Positions 1-11,277 of a stretch of 64,000 bases of DNA are shown here, in pieces (positions within the stretch are counted from its first letter, which is position 1; each line of letters begins with the position of its first letter). The notes beneath the pieces are model-generated. The model was not told where the DNA came from. It made no database searches and saw only the letters and a program-made list of their open reading frames with translations. Location: positions 544,001-608,000 of the forward strand of contig CAVQBA010000004.1 in NCBI GenBank assembly GCA_963710605.1. The letters run 5' to 3'. A program made the translations under genes and the position numbers. The stretch is from an uncultured cyanobacterium. Its GTDB lineage: Bacteria > Cyanobacteriota > Cyanobacteriia > Cyanobacteriales > Cyanobacteriaceae.

Positions 1-8
1 CGTAGTTT

Positions 9-206
9 TATAGCAATCACCATAACAGTTAGCACAGTCTTAAAACGCAAAACTTATGTCAAGTAAAAGTTTTCTAGTTGTTTTAAATAAAAGTTTAATT
101 TATTAAACGAACAGGATATTAGCCTTGCACGAGAGTTCAAGGCGAGTTTAATACTTTGGCTTGAGGATTATTAATGAATGTCTCAATTCTTTTTAAAATT
201 ACTATA
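9..206. mobile_element. IS630/ISY100-like MITE (28-nt inverted ends) carrying a hairpin repeat
   Basis: TATAGCAATCACCATAACAGTTAGCACA (9-36, +) and TATAGTAATTTTAAAAAGAATTGAGACA (179-206, -) are inverted ends that begin with TA. The internal AGTTTAATTTATTAAACG...CCTTG..CAAGG repeat is at 92-149. Confidence 0.6.
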
Positions 207-289
207 CCGAATGCCCGAATGCCCTTTGACCTTTACTATAAAAAAATTGATAATGAGTAAATTATTAATTAATCGTCGAGGTTAATACA

Positions 290-1042
290 TTGTTATATCG
301 TATTACCGTTAATCCTGAACAAGTACAAAATCAAATCATTAAGTTGCAATCTGAACAAGAACATTACCTGCGTCGTGTAGTGAGATTGAATAATGAAGAC
401 AACTTCATTGCTATTGATGGTCGAGGTAACTGTTGGTTAGCCAAATTAACACCTAATCATGGTTGTATCGTACGATCGATCGATGAAAATAAAGAATTAC
501 CTATCGCCGTAACCTTAATAGTCGCTTTACCTAAAGGTCAAGGCTTTGAAGAGATTATTCGGATGACAACAGAATTAGGTGTAACTCAAATACAACCCGT
601 GATTAGCGATCGAACTATACTTAAACCTAATGCCAATAAACTAATACGTTGGCGTAAAATTGCCGCCGAAGCCGCCGAACAATCAGAAAGACAAATAATA
701 CCTGATATTACTCCCGTTGTATCGGTAAAAGAAGCTTTTAGTGCGGCTAATAATTTAAATATACCTAAATATTTAGCTTTTGCTCGCAGTACTACCCCAC
801 ATTTGCAACATATCTTAACAAAAGAACTAGAGCAATCAATACCACCCCAGATAATTATCGCTACAGGTTGCGAAGGCGGTTGGACAAACAAAGAAGTAGA
901 ATTTGCGGTTAATAAATGTAATTTTGAACAAGTGTCTTTAGGAAAAAGAATATTAAGAGCTGTAACCGCTCCAGTTATGGTCATGTCCTTACTCTCAGCC
1001 ATGATTGATTCTCAAATTAACGACCATCATCAAAATTTTTAA
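290..1042 (+). CDS. rsmE: 16S rRNA (uracil1498-N3)-methyltransferase
   Basis: HYLRRVVRL, TELGV, EAAEQSER, GCEGGW and LGKRILRAVTA motifs of the RsmE SPOUT family. Confidence 0.95.
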   Translation: MLYRITVNPEQVQNQIIKLQSEQEHYLRRVVRLNNEDNFIAIDGRGNCWLAKLTPNHGCIVRSIDENKELPIAVTLIVALPKGQGFEEIIRMTTELGVTQIQPVISDRTILKPNANKLIRWRKIAAEAAEQSERQIIPDITPVVSVKEAFSAANNLNIPKYLAFARSTTPHLQHILTKELEQSIPPQIIIATGCEGGWTNKEVEFAVNKCNFEQVSLGKRILRAVTAPVMVMSLLSAMIDSQINDHHQNF

Positions 1043-1149
1043 TTGTTAGCATATTTTATATATACAAAAATGCTACAGAAAAAGATGGTTTGATCTCGCC
1101 ATGATTTGTTAGAATAGCAAGGAAAAAAATTAAGTTAAGTTGGTAGTCT

Positions 1150-1656
1150 TTGAGTCAATCACTAGAAAATATTACTAAACTCGATACTCTGGCACAAGAA
1201 TTAGCCGCTATTCAGCAAACAGGAGCTAAAAAAATAGCCCTGCTAGGTTCTCGCCATGTGCCAATCACTCATCAATATTTAATCGAAATGATGAGTTATG
1301 CTCTTGTGTTAGGAGGTAACCGAGTAATTACCTCAGGTGCGGCGGGAACAAACTCCGCGGCGATAAGAGGTGCGATGCGAGCAGATCCTAATCTGCTTAC
1401 AGTCATACTACCTCAAAGTCTCGATCGTCAATCAAGAGAATCACAAGATCAATTAAAACAAGTTATTCATTTAGTTGAAAATCCAGACAACAACTATCTT
1501 TCCTTAGGAGAAGCAAGTGCAGTCTGTAACCGAGATATTATTTCTCGTTGTCAACAACTAATCTGTTTTGCCTTTCACGATAGTCATACATTGATGCAAA
1601 CTTGTAAAGAAGCTGATGAATTGAGTAAATTAGTAACCAAATTTTACTTTGATTAA
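1150..1656 (+). CDS. Small DprA/Smf-like Rossmann-fold protein (cyanobacterial 'DNA recombination-mediator protein A')
   Basis: IALLGSRH, ITSGAAGTNSAAIRGA, CNRDII and FAFHDS match this conserved cyanobacterial family. Confidence 0.75.
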   Translation: MSQSLENITKLDTLAQELAAIQQTGAKKIALLGSRHVPITHQYLIEMMSYALVLGGNRVITSGAAGTNSAAIRGAMRADPNLLTVILPQSLDRQSRESQDQLKQVIHLVENPDNNYLSLGEASAVCNRDIISRCQQLICFAFHDSHTLMQTCKEADELSKLVTKFYFD

Positions 1657-2008
1657 TCATAAAGTAGCTAAATGAACTTATGATTATATTTTTATCGAAA
1701 ATTTTAAGCTTTTGGTGTCGATCGCTTTAAGTACCATGACAAAGTTTTGAATAAACAAACAAAACAGTTTTGACTCTTGCTGTGTAGAGTACTGCAAGTA
1801 AACTTAAATTGCCAAAGAACTTAGATGATAAGTCCGCTGAAAGCTTATAGCCTAGAGTTGAACAATAATGTTCATTATATTCATAAATTCGTTTAGCTAG
1901 ATTATTTTTTATGAGCAACATTTTAGATGATTATTATTTCGGTAAAGGATGAAGATATGAGATAATTAATTTTTGTTAACACAATTATTTAATAAGCTCT
2001 TATCTTTC

Positions 2009-2782
2009 GTGGACAAAAATCGCACCGTTTCCGACACTAAAAGAAGTTTTTACCACCATCATCAACGCCCTATCAACTCCATCTATCGTCGTGTTGTTGA
2101 AGAGTTGATGGTTGAAATGCACTTATTATCAGTTAACATTGATTTCCGTCCCGATCCTGTTTACTATGTAGGTGTCTGTGAAAGTTTCGATCGATTTATG
2201 CAAGGTTATGTACCAGAGTCGGATAAAGACTCTATTTTCAACGCTATATGTCAATCAATAGAAGGCAATCCTGATGAGTACAAAACCAAATCGCAACAAT
2301 TACTCAATTTAGCATCGCAATTATCAGTAGAAGATTTACTCGCTTGGTTAGTTAATCCAAAAGACTCTGAAGGTGTAGAATCTGTAGCTCAAGATTGGCG
2401 CTCGGCTTTAGAAAATCCGAATTTCAAATATAGTCGTTTGTTTGCTATTGGTTTATATTCTTTAATTGAAAAATGTGATTCTGAAGCTGTTAAAAATGAA
2501 GATAAATTAATCGAATCGATCAAATCTTTAAGTGATAAACTATCCTTACCGATCGAAAAACTTAAAAAAGATTTAGATTTATATCGCAGTAATCTTGATA
2601 AAATGGATCAAATGCTGAAAGTGGTTTCTGATGTCTTAGAAGCAAGTAAGAAAAAGAAACAACAAGAGCTTCTCCAAAAACAAACTAAAGAAGACAAATC
2701 ATCAATAGAAGAAAGTACAACTACCTCTGAGGAAAGTACGACTACCTCTGAGGAAGAACAAAATTCCGAAACTAACGAATAA
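2009..2782 (+). CDS. psb29: Photosystem II biogenesis protein Psb29/Thf1
   Basis: RTVSDTKR...RPINSIYRRVVEELMVEMHLL, FKYSRLFAIGL, KDLDLYRSNL. Likely GTG start at 2009; acidic tail with a 21-nt duplication at 2711-2752. Confidence 0.95.
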   Translation: MDKNRTVSDTKRSFYHHHQRPINSIYRRVVEELMVEMHLLSVNIDFRPDPVYYVGVCESFDRFMQGYVPESDKDSIFNAICQSIEGNPDEYKTKSQQLLNLASQLSVEDLLAWLVNPKDSEGVESVAQDWRSALENPNFKYSRLFAIGLYSLIEKCDSEAVKNEDKLIESIKSLSDKLSLPIEKLKKDLDLYRSNLDKMDQMLKVVSDVLEASKKKKQQELLQKQTKEDKSSIEESTTTSEESTTTSEEEQNSETNE

Positions 2783-3035
2783 TCAATTCTCTTCCTACCA
2801 CACAATTTTAGTTGACAGTTTTTGTTAAACAAGCAAGGTTTATAATAATTTTGAGTATCAAAAAATTTTAATTGCGTCTTAGCTTAAATACACCAATTTA
2901 AAATAGATAAAACTAGATATTTAAAAATTGTTTTTGGCTTAGCACATTGTGAGGGAGAGTTATTCATCAATCATTTTTTACGCTCGATAGATATATAAGT
3001 TGTCATCCGTTTCATTGTGAAGAAATAATAATGTC

Positions 3036-4331
3036 ATGTTAGATTTAAAAAAAATTAGAGAAAATCCTGAAGTAGTATTAAAACTTTTACATCAACGTAG
3101 CCCAGAATATACTTTAGACTCCATTTTAGAAATCGATCGACAACAAAGAGAAATACAATCCCAAATCAACAAATTACAAACTAAAAGCAACGAAATCGGC
3201 AAGTCAATTGGTCAAAAAATGCGTTCGGGTACAAATCCTCAAAGCGAAGAAATCGCCCAACTAAAAGAATTGGGCAACCAAACCAAAACCAAACTAGCCG
3301 AATTAGAGCCAAAGACAAGAGAATTAAAAACCCAACTTGAAACTTTATTACTAGAATTACCAAATCTTCCTAGTGACACAACACCAGTCGGCACAAGCGA
3401 AGCCGAAAACGTCGAAGTTAGACGTTGGGGTGATGAATATATATCTAATGATGACAATAGCACTCAGATTCTTCCTCATGACGAAATAGGCGAGAAATTA
3501 GGCATAATTAACAGTGAAAGAGCAGTTAAAGTTGCACAAAGTCGTTTTGTTTCTTTAGTCGGAATGGGTGCGGCTTTAGAAAGGGCGTTAATTAATTTTA
3601 TGCTCGATCGACAAATAGCGGCAGGTTATGTGGAGGTGATGCCTCCTGTCTTAATCAACACACAATCACTGCAAGGTACAGGGCAACTACCCAAATTTGC
3701 GGAAGAAAGCTTTAAATGTGCCGAAGATGACTTGTGGTTAACCCCAACGGCTGAAGTACCAGTTACCAACTTTTATCGTCAAGAGATATTAGACTTTGAG
3801 CAATTACCGATACATCATTGTGCTTATTCTCCTTGTTTTCGTCGTGAAGCAGGTAGTTATGGTAGAGATATGCGTGGTTTAATCCGTTTGCATCAATTTA
3901 ACAAAGTCGAATTAGTCAAAATCGTTCATCCTGATGAAAGCGAAATAGAGCATCAAAAAATGGTAGAAAATGCTGAAGCTATTTTACAAGAGTTGAAACT
4001 ACCATACCGAGTTTTGGAATTGTGTACAGGAGATATTGGTTTTAGTGCTAACAAATGTTATGACTTAGAAGTCTGGCTACCTTCGGCTAATACTTACCGA
4101 GAAATTTCTAGTTGTTCTAATTGTGGTGATTTTCAAGCCAGAAGAGCTGATATTCGCTTCAAACACAAGAATACAAAAGGTACACAGTATGTTCATACCT
4201 TAAACGGTTCGGGCTTAGCTGTAGGGCGGACAATGGCGGCTATTTTAGAAAATTATCAGCAACCTGATGGTACAGTAAAAGTTCCCTCTGCTTTACAACC
4301 TTATTTAAAGACAGATATAATCGGTAATTAA
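3036..4331 (+). CDS. serS: Serine--tRNA ligase
   Basis: N-terminal coiled coil; [42 protein letters not shown]. Confidence 0.98.
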   Translation: MLDLKKIRENPEVVLKLLHQRSPEYTLDSILEIDRQQREIQSQINKLQTKSNEIGKSIGQKMRSGTNPQSEEIAQLKELGNQTKTKLAELEPKTRELKTQLETLLLELPNLPSDTTPVGTSEAENVEVRRWGDEYISNDDNSTQILPHDEIGEKLGIINSERAVKVAQSRFVSLVGMGAALERALINFMLDRQIAAGYVEVMPPVLINTQSLQGTGQLPKFAEESFKCAEDDLWLTPTAEVPVTNFYRQEILDFEQLPIHHCAYSPCFRREAGSYGRDMRGLIRLHQFNKVELVKIVHPDESEIEHQKMVENAEAILQELKLPYRVLELCTGDIGFSANKCYDLEVWLPSANTYREISSCSNCGDFQARRADIRFKHKNTKGTQYVHTLNGSGLAVGRTMAAILENYQQPDGTVKVPSALQPYLKTDIIGN

Positions 4332-4415
4332 CGATCGATATTTGTTCATAATTAATCTTAATTCTGTCAAGTAGAATAAAACAAAAATAGATCAGTGTGT
4401 GTGTTAAAACTGATC

Positions 4416-4582
4416 TATAGTTATTCCAATTAAGATTAAGACAGTAAGAACAATACTGAAACCAAAGTATTAAAACTGCCTTTAACTGTCGTGCAAGGTT
4501 AATATCTATCCTGTTCGTTTAATAAATTAAACTAAAATTTAGATTCATTACTCGTGTCTCATTTTTATTGGAAACAACTATA
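4416..4582. mobile_element. IS630/ISY100-like MITE carrying the AGTTTAATTTATTAAACG hairpin repeat
   Basis: Ends TATAGTTATTCCAATTAAGATTAAGACA (4416-4443, +) and TATAGTTGTTTCCAATAAAAATGAGACA (4555-4582, -); internal repeat at ~4472-4533 on the minus strand. Confidence 0.6.
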
Positions 4583-4752
4583 AATCCTATTCTTTATTGT
4601 TATAACGATCGTATGTTTGACCAATAATCTCAAAGTTTTAGAAAAAATAGAAACTATATTTTGTCCAGATAAAAAGGGTTTTCTTCTCGCAACCGCTAGT
4701 TAGGATTTTACTTTAGGGTTATGGGATGTCACAATACGATGTTTCAGATTAA

Positions 4753-6048
4753 TTAACGATCACGATAAGCATAACAGACGGCATAATATTCAGAAGAAAG
4801 ATACTGACAAGCATATTGCTGTAGTTTTTCAGCCGATAAATTATTAACAATCTCAGGGTATTTTAAAGCTAAATTAGCAGATTCTAAAATGTGATAATAA
4901 CCATATAAAGAAGCGAGTTGTTCTGGTGTTTCTGTCGAAAAGATATAATCATGACATAATGATTTTTGGCAAGCACTTAGCTCACTTGCACTCACAGGTT
5001 GTTGTCGTAATTGTTGAATATGATTTCTAATTTTGGTTTCTACTTCTTCTAAATTATCAATACATGAATAAGCGGTGATAGTAAACAAACTTGAATATTT
5101 TTGTAAAGAAAAATCGCAACCAATACTCATTACTATTTGCTCTTCTTCTCTTAACTCTCTTACTAAACGAGAACTTCTACCACTTGCTAAGATTAAAGAT
5201 AACATATCAAGTGCGATCGCACCTTCTAAATCTTCAATTCCTGAAGTCATCCAACCCATCACGATTCTTGATTGCTCTAAACGGGGTAAAAACAACTTTT
5301 GCCGACGAGTACTAACTATTGGTGGTTCGCTATCAAAACGATTAACTGCTATCGATTCGGTTACAGGAGTTGGAAAATTTTGAAAGTTTGTTTCGACTAA
5401 AGAAACCGCCTCTTCTTGGCTGATATTACCGACTAAAACTACATTAAGATTATGAGGTTGATAATGAGTTTGATGAAACGTACGCATTTGTTCAGGAGTA
5501 TGACTCATCAAAAAAGGTTTTTCACCTAATACAGAACGTCGGTAAGGATGATGTTGATATATACTGTGAAGTAAAGATTGAAATATAATCCAATCAGGAT
5601 CATCGATCGTTGAACTAAGTTCTTCTAAAACGACATCTCGCTCAATATAAAAGTCTCGATCGGGTATTTGAGGCTGAAGAATAATCTCAGATAAATAAGG
5701 TAAAATTTCGGCTAAATAATCACTAGCGGTACTGAGAAAAAAATGAGTGTAATCGTAACTCGTCGCCGCATTAGCAAAACCGCCTTTACTCTCTACAAGA
5801 TAGTCAAACTCACCGGGTAAAATATTTTTTGTCCCTTTAAAGATCATATGCTCTAAAAAATGAGACATTCCTGATAAGGATTCTGATTCGCTTGTTACCC
5901 CTGCATTTACCCAGACATCGGCTACAACCACCGCACTAGAAAATATTTGCTGGTGTACTAACGTTACTCCGTTATCCAAACTAATCAAATTTAAATCGGA
6001 AATTAAAGTGTTATCAGAGTTGTTTTGAAGATCCTTGACTAGAGCCAT
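4753..6048 (-). CDS. M16 family (pitrilysin/processing) zinc peptidase
   Basis: Inverted zinc motif HFLEH followed by MIFKGT; NAATSYDYT; SSRLVRELRE. Confidence 0.93.
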   Translation of the reverse strand: MALVKDLQNNSDNTLISDLNLISLDNGVTLVHQQIFSSAVVVADVWVNAGVTSESESLSGMSHFLEHMIFKGTKNILPGEFDYLVESKGGFANAATSYDYTHFFLSTASDYLAEILPYLSEIILQPQIPDRDFYIERDVVLEELSSTIDDPDWIIFQSLLHSIYQHHPYRRSVLGEKPFLMSHTPEQMRTFHQTHYQPHNLNVVLVGNISQEEAVSLVETNFQNFPTPVTESIAVNRFDSEPPIVSTRRQKLFLPRLEQSRIVMGWMTSGIEDLEGAIALDMLSLILASGRSSRLVRELREEEQIVMSIGCDFSLQKYSSLFTITAYSCIDNLEEVETKIRNHIQQLRQQPVSASELSACQKSLCHDYIFSTETPEQLASLYGYYHILESANLALKYPEIVNNLSAEKLQQYACQYLSSEYYAVCYAYRDR

Positions 6049-6168
6049 CGAGATACATTTATTTACCTTTTCTTAATCTTACCTCTAAGCCAGGTAATAA
6101 ATGTTAACTAGATTACATTTTCCGATCACAAAATTATTTTTTTTAAATGTTTGAGTTATCATGTGTGG

Positions 6169-6663
6169 TTATTCATCAGTAACTTTGGCTATATTACCTG
6201 CTTTTACCCAACCTTCTTGTTCACTACCCGGAATCCGAATTTTTTGCCAATCTCCATCATTACTAGTACTTAAGATTATAATTTTACGATCGAAACCTAC
6301 ACCACCGATTCTCTCGGCTTCTTTACTTGGGCCATCTCTTAGACTTAAACCAGTTGACCATGTTACTCTAGCAAAATAAGCTCCGTTAGGAAGTTTTTCT
6401 TCAGGTTCAGGTTTTACTGCCGTTTCTTCAGGTTGTTTTGTTGTTTCTGTCTTTGTCTTTGTGTTTGTCTGTTCGGCTGTGGTTTCTACTTTTTCTTCTT
6501 TTGGTTTTTCTTCTTTTGGTTTTTCTTCAGAAAAAACTTGTTTTTCAGGATTAGTAGCTGTTTGGTTGAGGAAAAAATATGCTCCTCCTGCTATCCCGGC
6601 GGTAAAGAAAATAAGTCCGAAGAAAAAACCAATCACAAATTGAAACAGGCCTGATATATTCAT
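6169..6663 (-). CDS. Membrane-anchored SH3b domain protein
   Basis: N-terminal TM helix, charged linker, C-terminal GLSLRDGPS...WQKIR...GWVK SH3b signature. Confidence 0.85.
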   Translation of the reverse strand: MNISGLFQFVIGFFFGLIFFTAGIAGGAYFFLNQTATNPEKQVFSEEKPKEEKPKEEKVETTAEQTNTKTKTETTKQPEETAVKPEPEEKLPNGAYFARVTWSTGLSLRDGPSKEAERIGGVGFDRKIIILSTSNDGDWQKIRIPGSEQEGWVKAGNIAKVTDE

Positions 6664-6887
6664 AGTTATTTAGTAATAAATAATGAGGTTACACTTAATT
6701 TTTGATGGTAACAAATCATTTTTTTATAAGATTAATGATATAATATAGCACTTTATTCTTAATTTTTAACCAATAAATTATTCTGCTCATATTTCTTCAC
6801 ATATCGTTATATCTTGCATAAATTTATTTAAATACAGAATTTTGATTGTTTAGCAAAATATAATTTCCAGCAAATAGTTTATTTGAT

Positions 6888-7622
6888 CTAATGAGAATTA
6901 GAGCTTAGAAGTAAATCACTAATGACATCGACTAAATCTTCGGTTTGAGCCAAAGTAGGTAATAAGGTTATTTGTTTACTTATATTAGATGGTAGATTAT
7001 TAATCTGAGAAACGATCGTCTCTGTAATTTTTCCTGTGAATAAAAAGTAAGGTAAAACCGCCACAACTTCTTGCTCTGATTTAGTACTTGTCATTTCTTC
7101 TACCACATCGATAAAATTAGGCTCAATTGACCAGTAAGCAACCTTTGCCTGCAAATCGATCGTTATTTTTTCTAACTCTTGATTTGCTTGTTTAATACTT
7201 GTACCGTGGGCTAATAAGATACGTTGATGGGCTTTAGTTTGACTAAATTGCGATCGTAACAAAGCAATTAAATTATCAGAAGTACCAATATGAGGCATCA
7301 ATTGTAAAGGTAAAGGAGAATCAATACTAGCAAGAGCGATTTGTTCAGGAATATCATTAATTACATGAGTACCCGATAATAAAAATAGAGGTAAGATTTT
7401 GACAGATTGATAACCTAAAGAGGCTGATTGTTGAGCAAAACTGATTATATTTTCCGCTAAAGGTTTATTTGTTAATTCTAAATAAGCACTACTAAGAAAA
7501 ACTGATTTATTTTGAGCCTCTAATCGTAATTGAATTTGATGTGCTAATTGTTGTAACTGCTTACCATAGTTTACGTTACGACTACCATGAACAACCAAAA
7601 GATAAGCACTACTATTAATCAT
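6888..7622 (-). CDS. cbiX: Sirohydrochlorin chelatase (CbiX family)
   Basis: LVVHGSR, AYLEL, PLFLLSGTHV..DIP, LAHGT, PYFLFTG; ATG at 7622 preferred. Confidence 0.88.
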   Translation of the reverse strand: MINSSAYLLVVHGSRNVNYGKQLQQLAHQIQLRLEAQNKSVFLSSAYLELTNKPLAENIISFAQQSASLGYQSVKILPLFLLSGTHVINDIPEQIALASIDSPLPLQLMPHIGTSDNLIALLRSQFSQTKAHQRILLAHGTSIKQANQELEKITIDLQAKVAYWSIEPNFIDVVEEMTSTKSEQEVVAVLPYFLFTGKITETIVSQINNLPSNISKQITLLPTLAQTEDLVDVISDLLLSSNSH

Positions 7623-7710
7623 AATTATTATTAAAAACAAGAATTACTTACCAGTTTAAAGGTAAACTATCCAATGCAGAGTTTATTGTGTGCGTAGATA
7701 TATTTATATT

Positions 7711-8475
7711 ATGGTAGAAATTTTACCCCCTAATTTGCAAAAATTACAAGATCAAGTTGCCTTAGTTACAGGTGCATCTAGAGGTATTGGTAAAGCAACC
7801 GCTTTGGCTTTAGCGACACAGGGTGCAAAAATAGTTGTTAATTACGCAAGTAATAGTGAAGCGGCTGATGCTGTAGTTAGCGAAATAACCGAAGCAGGGG
7901 GAGAAGCGATTGCAATTAGTGCAGATGTATCGCAAGAAGAAGCCGTAAATTCTATGGTTACTCAAACCAAAAAAGAATTTGGCAAAATCGATATCTTAGT
8001 CAATAATGCAGGTATCACTCGTGACACATTACTATTAAGAATGAAGGCAGAAGATTGGCAAGCAGTGATTAATCTTAATTTAACTGGTGTCTTTTTATGT
8101 TGTAAAGCAGTCAGTAAATTGATGCTTAAACAAAGAAGTGGCAGAATTATTAATATCTCCTCTGTTGCGGGAGTTATGGGTAATCCCGGGCAAGCTAACT
8201 ATAGTGCGGCTAAAGCAGGAGTAATCGGTTTAACCAAAACATTAGCTAAAGAATTTGCCTCTCGTGGTGTTACCGTTAATGCAGTCGCCCCTGGTTTTAT
8301 TGAAACTGATATGACACAAGGATTACAAGCAGAAGAAATTCTCAAAGCTATTCCTTTAAATCGTTATGGTAAACCTGAGGAAATTGCGGGAATGATTACT
8401 TTTTTAGCAGGAGATATTGCCGCAAATTATATAACAGGGCAAGTATTTAATGTTGATGGCGGAATGGTAATATGA
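7711..8475 (+). CDS. fabG: 3-oxoacyl-ACP reductase
   Basis: TGASRGIG, LVNNAGITRD, YSAAKAG, VNAVAPGFI; ATG at 7711. Confidence 0.95.
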   Translation: MVEILPPNLQKLQDQVALVTGASRGIGKATALALATQGAKIVVNYASNSEAADAVVSEITEAGGEAIAISADVSQEEAVNSMVTQTKKEFGKIDILVNNAGITRDTLLLRMKAEDWQAVINLNLTGVFLCCKAVSKLMLKQRSGRIINISSVAGVMGNPGQANYSAAKAGVIGLTKTLAKEFASRGVTVNAVAPGFIETDMTQGLQAEEILKAIPLNRYGKPEEIAGMITFLAGDIAANYITGQVFNVDGGMVI

Positions 8476-8589
8476 TTAGTTGATAATTGAGAATAATGAA
8501 TTAGTCAATTTTGGCTTTTTAATTCTTAGTACAGACGTAGCACTACTACGTCTTTAACTGAGTTGGTGAGTTGGTGATGTATTAGGTTG

Positions 8590-9166
8590 TTATAGATAAT
8601 TAGACAGAGAAAATGAGTAATGTTTTAATAATATTTTAAAACCGATACCGACGAGAACTAAACCACCAACTAACTCGGCTTTTTTCTCAAAAATGTGTCC
8701 AAATTTATTTCCTAAAAATACGCCGACTAAACAAAGCAAAAAAAGTAATAATTCCAATTATCAAAGCAGAACTAAAAATAGGTATTTCAATCATTGAAAA
8801 TCCTAAACCAACAGCTAAAGCATCGATGCTAGTAGCGATCGCTAACGTAAATAAAACTGATAAATCACGAAAATTAGTACCTTCTTCATCTTCATCATCA
8901 AAAGATTCATAGATCATTTTTAAACCGATAAAAGCCAGTAAAATAAAAGCAATCCAATAATCAAAACTCTCAATTAATTCCCGAAAACTCAACCCCGCAA
9001 ACCAACCCAATAAAGGCATCAAAAACTGAAATCCACCAAAAAATAAAGCAATAAGTAAAGCATCTTTAATTGTAGCTTTTTTGAGAGTAATACCACTACC
9101 AACAGAAACAGCAAAAGCATCCATCGCCAAACCAAAAGATGTTAATACAATAGTCAAGAAACTCAT
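8590..9166 (-). pseudogene. mntP: Manganese efflux pump MntP, frameshifted in a T7 run (true lesion or sequencing error)
   Basis: LAMDAFAVS, FGGFQ..MP and ATSIDALAVG motifs. The missing C-terminus ([37 protein letters not shown]) continues in another frame after the A7 run at 8738-8744 and stops at 8590. Confidence 0.85.
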
Positions 9167-9342
9167 AACAAATAATTAATAATGAATAATTAATAATGAA
9201 TAATTAAAATGCTTTTTACTGTCTGCCAAAAATTAAATTACGAAACACAAAAACTTAACTTATCAGATATATATTTATCTTTTTTATTCCCCTCTTTTAA
9301 AGGAGGGGTTAGGGGAGGTTTTAATTTTTTAATTATCAATTA

Positions 9343-10134
9343 TTAAACGTATCTAGTCAAATTAACACGATAACGCTCTTTTTTAGTTAATTGTACTTCG
9401 CCTATTTCTAATCTACCTTTACCACGAAAAGAAATTAAATCTCCACTTTTGACATTACGACTAGGTTGAGTAACATCTTTCCAATTAATACGTACATCCC
9501 CATTACTAACCGCATCAGCCATTTTACTACGAGACATACCAAAACCGAAAGAAGCAACTGCATCTAAACGTAAAGAAGCCTCTACTGTCGTCATTTCTTT
9601 TTTCTTAGGAGGGCGTATTTTTAAATCAGTCAATTCAATCCGACGAGTTTTAACTGTAACTGAGCGTACTTGTACTAAAGAAGCCTCTAAAAAGTCAACC
9701 ATTTCTTCAGTTACAATGACTTGAGCACCTCTTTCACCTAAGACAATAATATCACCTACTTTTTCTCTGACGATACCTGTACCCAAAATTGAGCCAAGAA
9801 AATCTCGATGAGTAGCAGTATCAAATAAAAAATTACCCGCAATATCTAAAGCAACTAAGCCAATTTGAGTATTATCTGCTGGTATTTCTTCTCGATGCAC
9901 ACCTATTCTTTGTCTTTCTGCTTGAGGATAACCACCCCAAGGAATAATCTTAATGTCTGTTAATGGTGTAAATATTTGATTAACTTCAGCTAATACTGGA
10001 GGGGAAAGAAAATCAGTAACTACTAATTCCCATATTTTTAAGGCTTTCTCTGCTTTATCTATAACTTTGGCTATCTCTTCAACGTTTTCTACTTTTGCCA
10101 GTAATTCTTCTCTAGGTAACATAATTTGCGTCAA
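9343..10134 (-). CDS. Photosystem II S4-domain RNA-binding protein (YlmH/Sll1252 family)
   Basis: TDFLSPP, GGYPQAERQR, HRDFLG, SLRLDAVAS..F.MSR, RGKGRL. Confidence 0.93.
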   Translation of the reverse strand: MTQIMLPREELLAKVENVEEIAKVIDKAEKALKIWELVVTDFLSPPVLAEVNQIFTPLTDIKIIPWGGYPQAERQRIGVHREEIPADNTQIGLVALDIAGNFLFDTATHRDFLGSILGTGIVREKVGDIIVLGERGAQVIVTEEMVDFLEASLVQVRSVTVKTRRIELTDLKIRPPKKKEMTTVEASLRLDAVASFGFGMSRSKMADAVSNGDVRINWKDVTQPSRNVKSGDLISFRGKGRLEIGEVQLTKKERYRVNLTRYV

Positions 10135-10461
10135 TACTAATAATCATTTGCCACGATTAACTATTTTAGTCTCACAAACGATCGTTTTACTGATTAATTT
10201 TATCTTGCTCAATACTAAACATCTTTTCTAGTTTTCTCATAAATCTACTGTTTTTATCTTGATTTTTAGTTAGATTTGTTACATTTCTTATTGTGATTGA
10301 GATAGATTAATTATTTATAACTCGTAAATTGTGTATGAAGGCTGGGTTTTAAGGAAAAACAACAAAATTAGTAAATTATTAAAAAAAATTGCTTAAGTTA
10401 AGAAAAATCAAGAAATTAGAAGTTATAATAAATATAAGCACAAAAAATATTATTTATACTT

Positions 10462-11007
10462 ATGCAATCCTCAACATTAAAATCTTTGGCTTCTAATATA
10501 ATCAAGCCTAATTACGAAGCTAATTTTTGGTCTCAAACTTCATGGGCAATATTACGTACTGTTGTCGGTATCATGATGATTCACAACGGTTTTGATAAAC
10601 TCGGTAACGTAGAAAGTTTTGCCGAAGCTTATGTTGCTTATATTGGTTTACCTTTCCCCATCTTTTTCACTTACGTAGCGGCATATACTGAAATTGTTGG
10701 TTCAGTATTAGTTATCTTAGGTTTATTCACTCGTCCTGCGGCATTAGGATTATTTGGTACGATGTGTGTAGCAATGTATCACCATATTCTTGTAGCAGGT
10801 TTAAGTATTCCTTATTTAGAATTATCTGCTATCTATGCATCTTGTTTCCTATTCTTGCTTGTTAATGGTGCTGGTTTATTTTCTACCGATGCACTAATTA
10901 TTAACTTATTCAACAATAATGCTTTAAGTAAAAAAGCAAAACAAGTTATGTTATTAGAAAAAGCATATCAAATCGAGAACAAAGAAGATCAAGTAGTTAT
11001 TAAATAG
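10462..11007 (+). CDS. DoxX family membrane protein
   Basis: LRTVVGIMMIHNGFDKL, E..GSVL..LGLFTRPAA, GAGLFS.D. Confidence 0.88.
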   Translation: MQSSTLKSLASNIIKPNYEANFWSQTSWAILRTVVGIMMIHNGFDKLGNVESFAEAYVAYIGLPFPIFFTYVAAYTEIVGSVLVILGLFTRPAALGLFGTMCVAMYHHILVAGLSIPYLELSAIYASCFLFLLVNGAGLFSTDALIINLFNNNALSKKAKQVMLLEKAYQIENKEDQVVIK

Positions 11008-11063
11008 TCATTATCATTGTAATATTTACTTCTAAATATAGAATAATCACTAAATAAAAAAAT

Positions 11064-11100
11064 AAGGCTGTGTGGACAAATTTATCCATACAGCCTTTTT
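11064..11100. terminator. Intrinsic, probably bidirectional terminator
   Basis: AAGGCTGTGTGGA-loop-TCCATACAGCCTT with a T-tract 3' and an A-tract 5', between convergent genes. Confidence 0.8.
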
Positions 11101-11277
11101 CGTATCTTTAATATTTAATTTTATTTTTTATCTGTCAAAATCTGTTACAACTTTCAACTTAATATCAAATCCGATAAATTTTAGATTAAGACAAAATAGC
11201 TATTGATTAAAAGCTCAATTGATTAATCTTCAAATAACGTCATTTTTACGTTAACAGATTACCTCAAAAGTATTTGA

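Noticed and set aside
586-1002. Antisense or overlapping ORFs (also 5075, 11327, 23198, 47959, 62439, 63436 and others)
   Set aside because: Shadow frames of well-supported genes on the opposite strand.
1727-1921. 64-aa minus-strand ORF
   Set aside because: No recognisable motif; lies in the psb29 upstream region.
9167-9342. yybP-ykoY Mn riboswitch upstream of mntP
   Set aside because: Only heptamer repeats and a CCCC/GGGG dispersed repeat are visible; no aptamer consensus seen.
10269-10282. NtcA-like GTT-N8-TAC upstream of doxX
   Set aside because: Mismatch in the conserved triplet and no clear -10 at the expected distance; could be chance.
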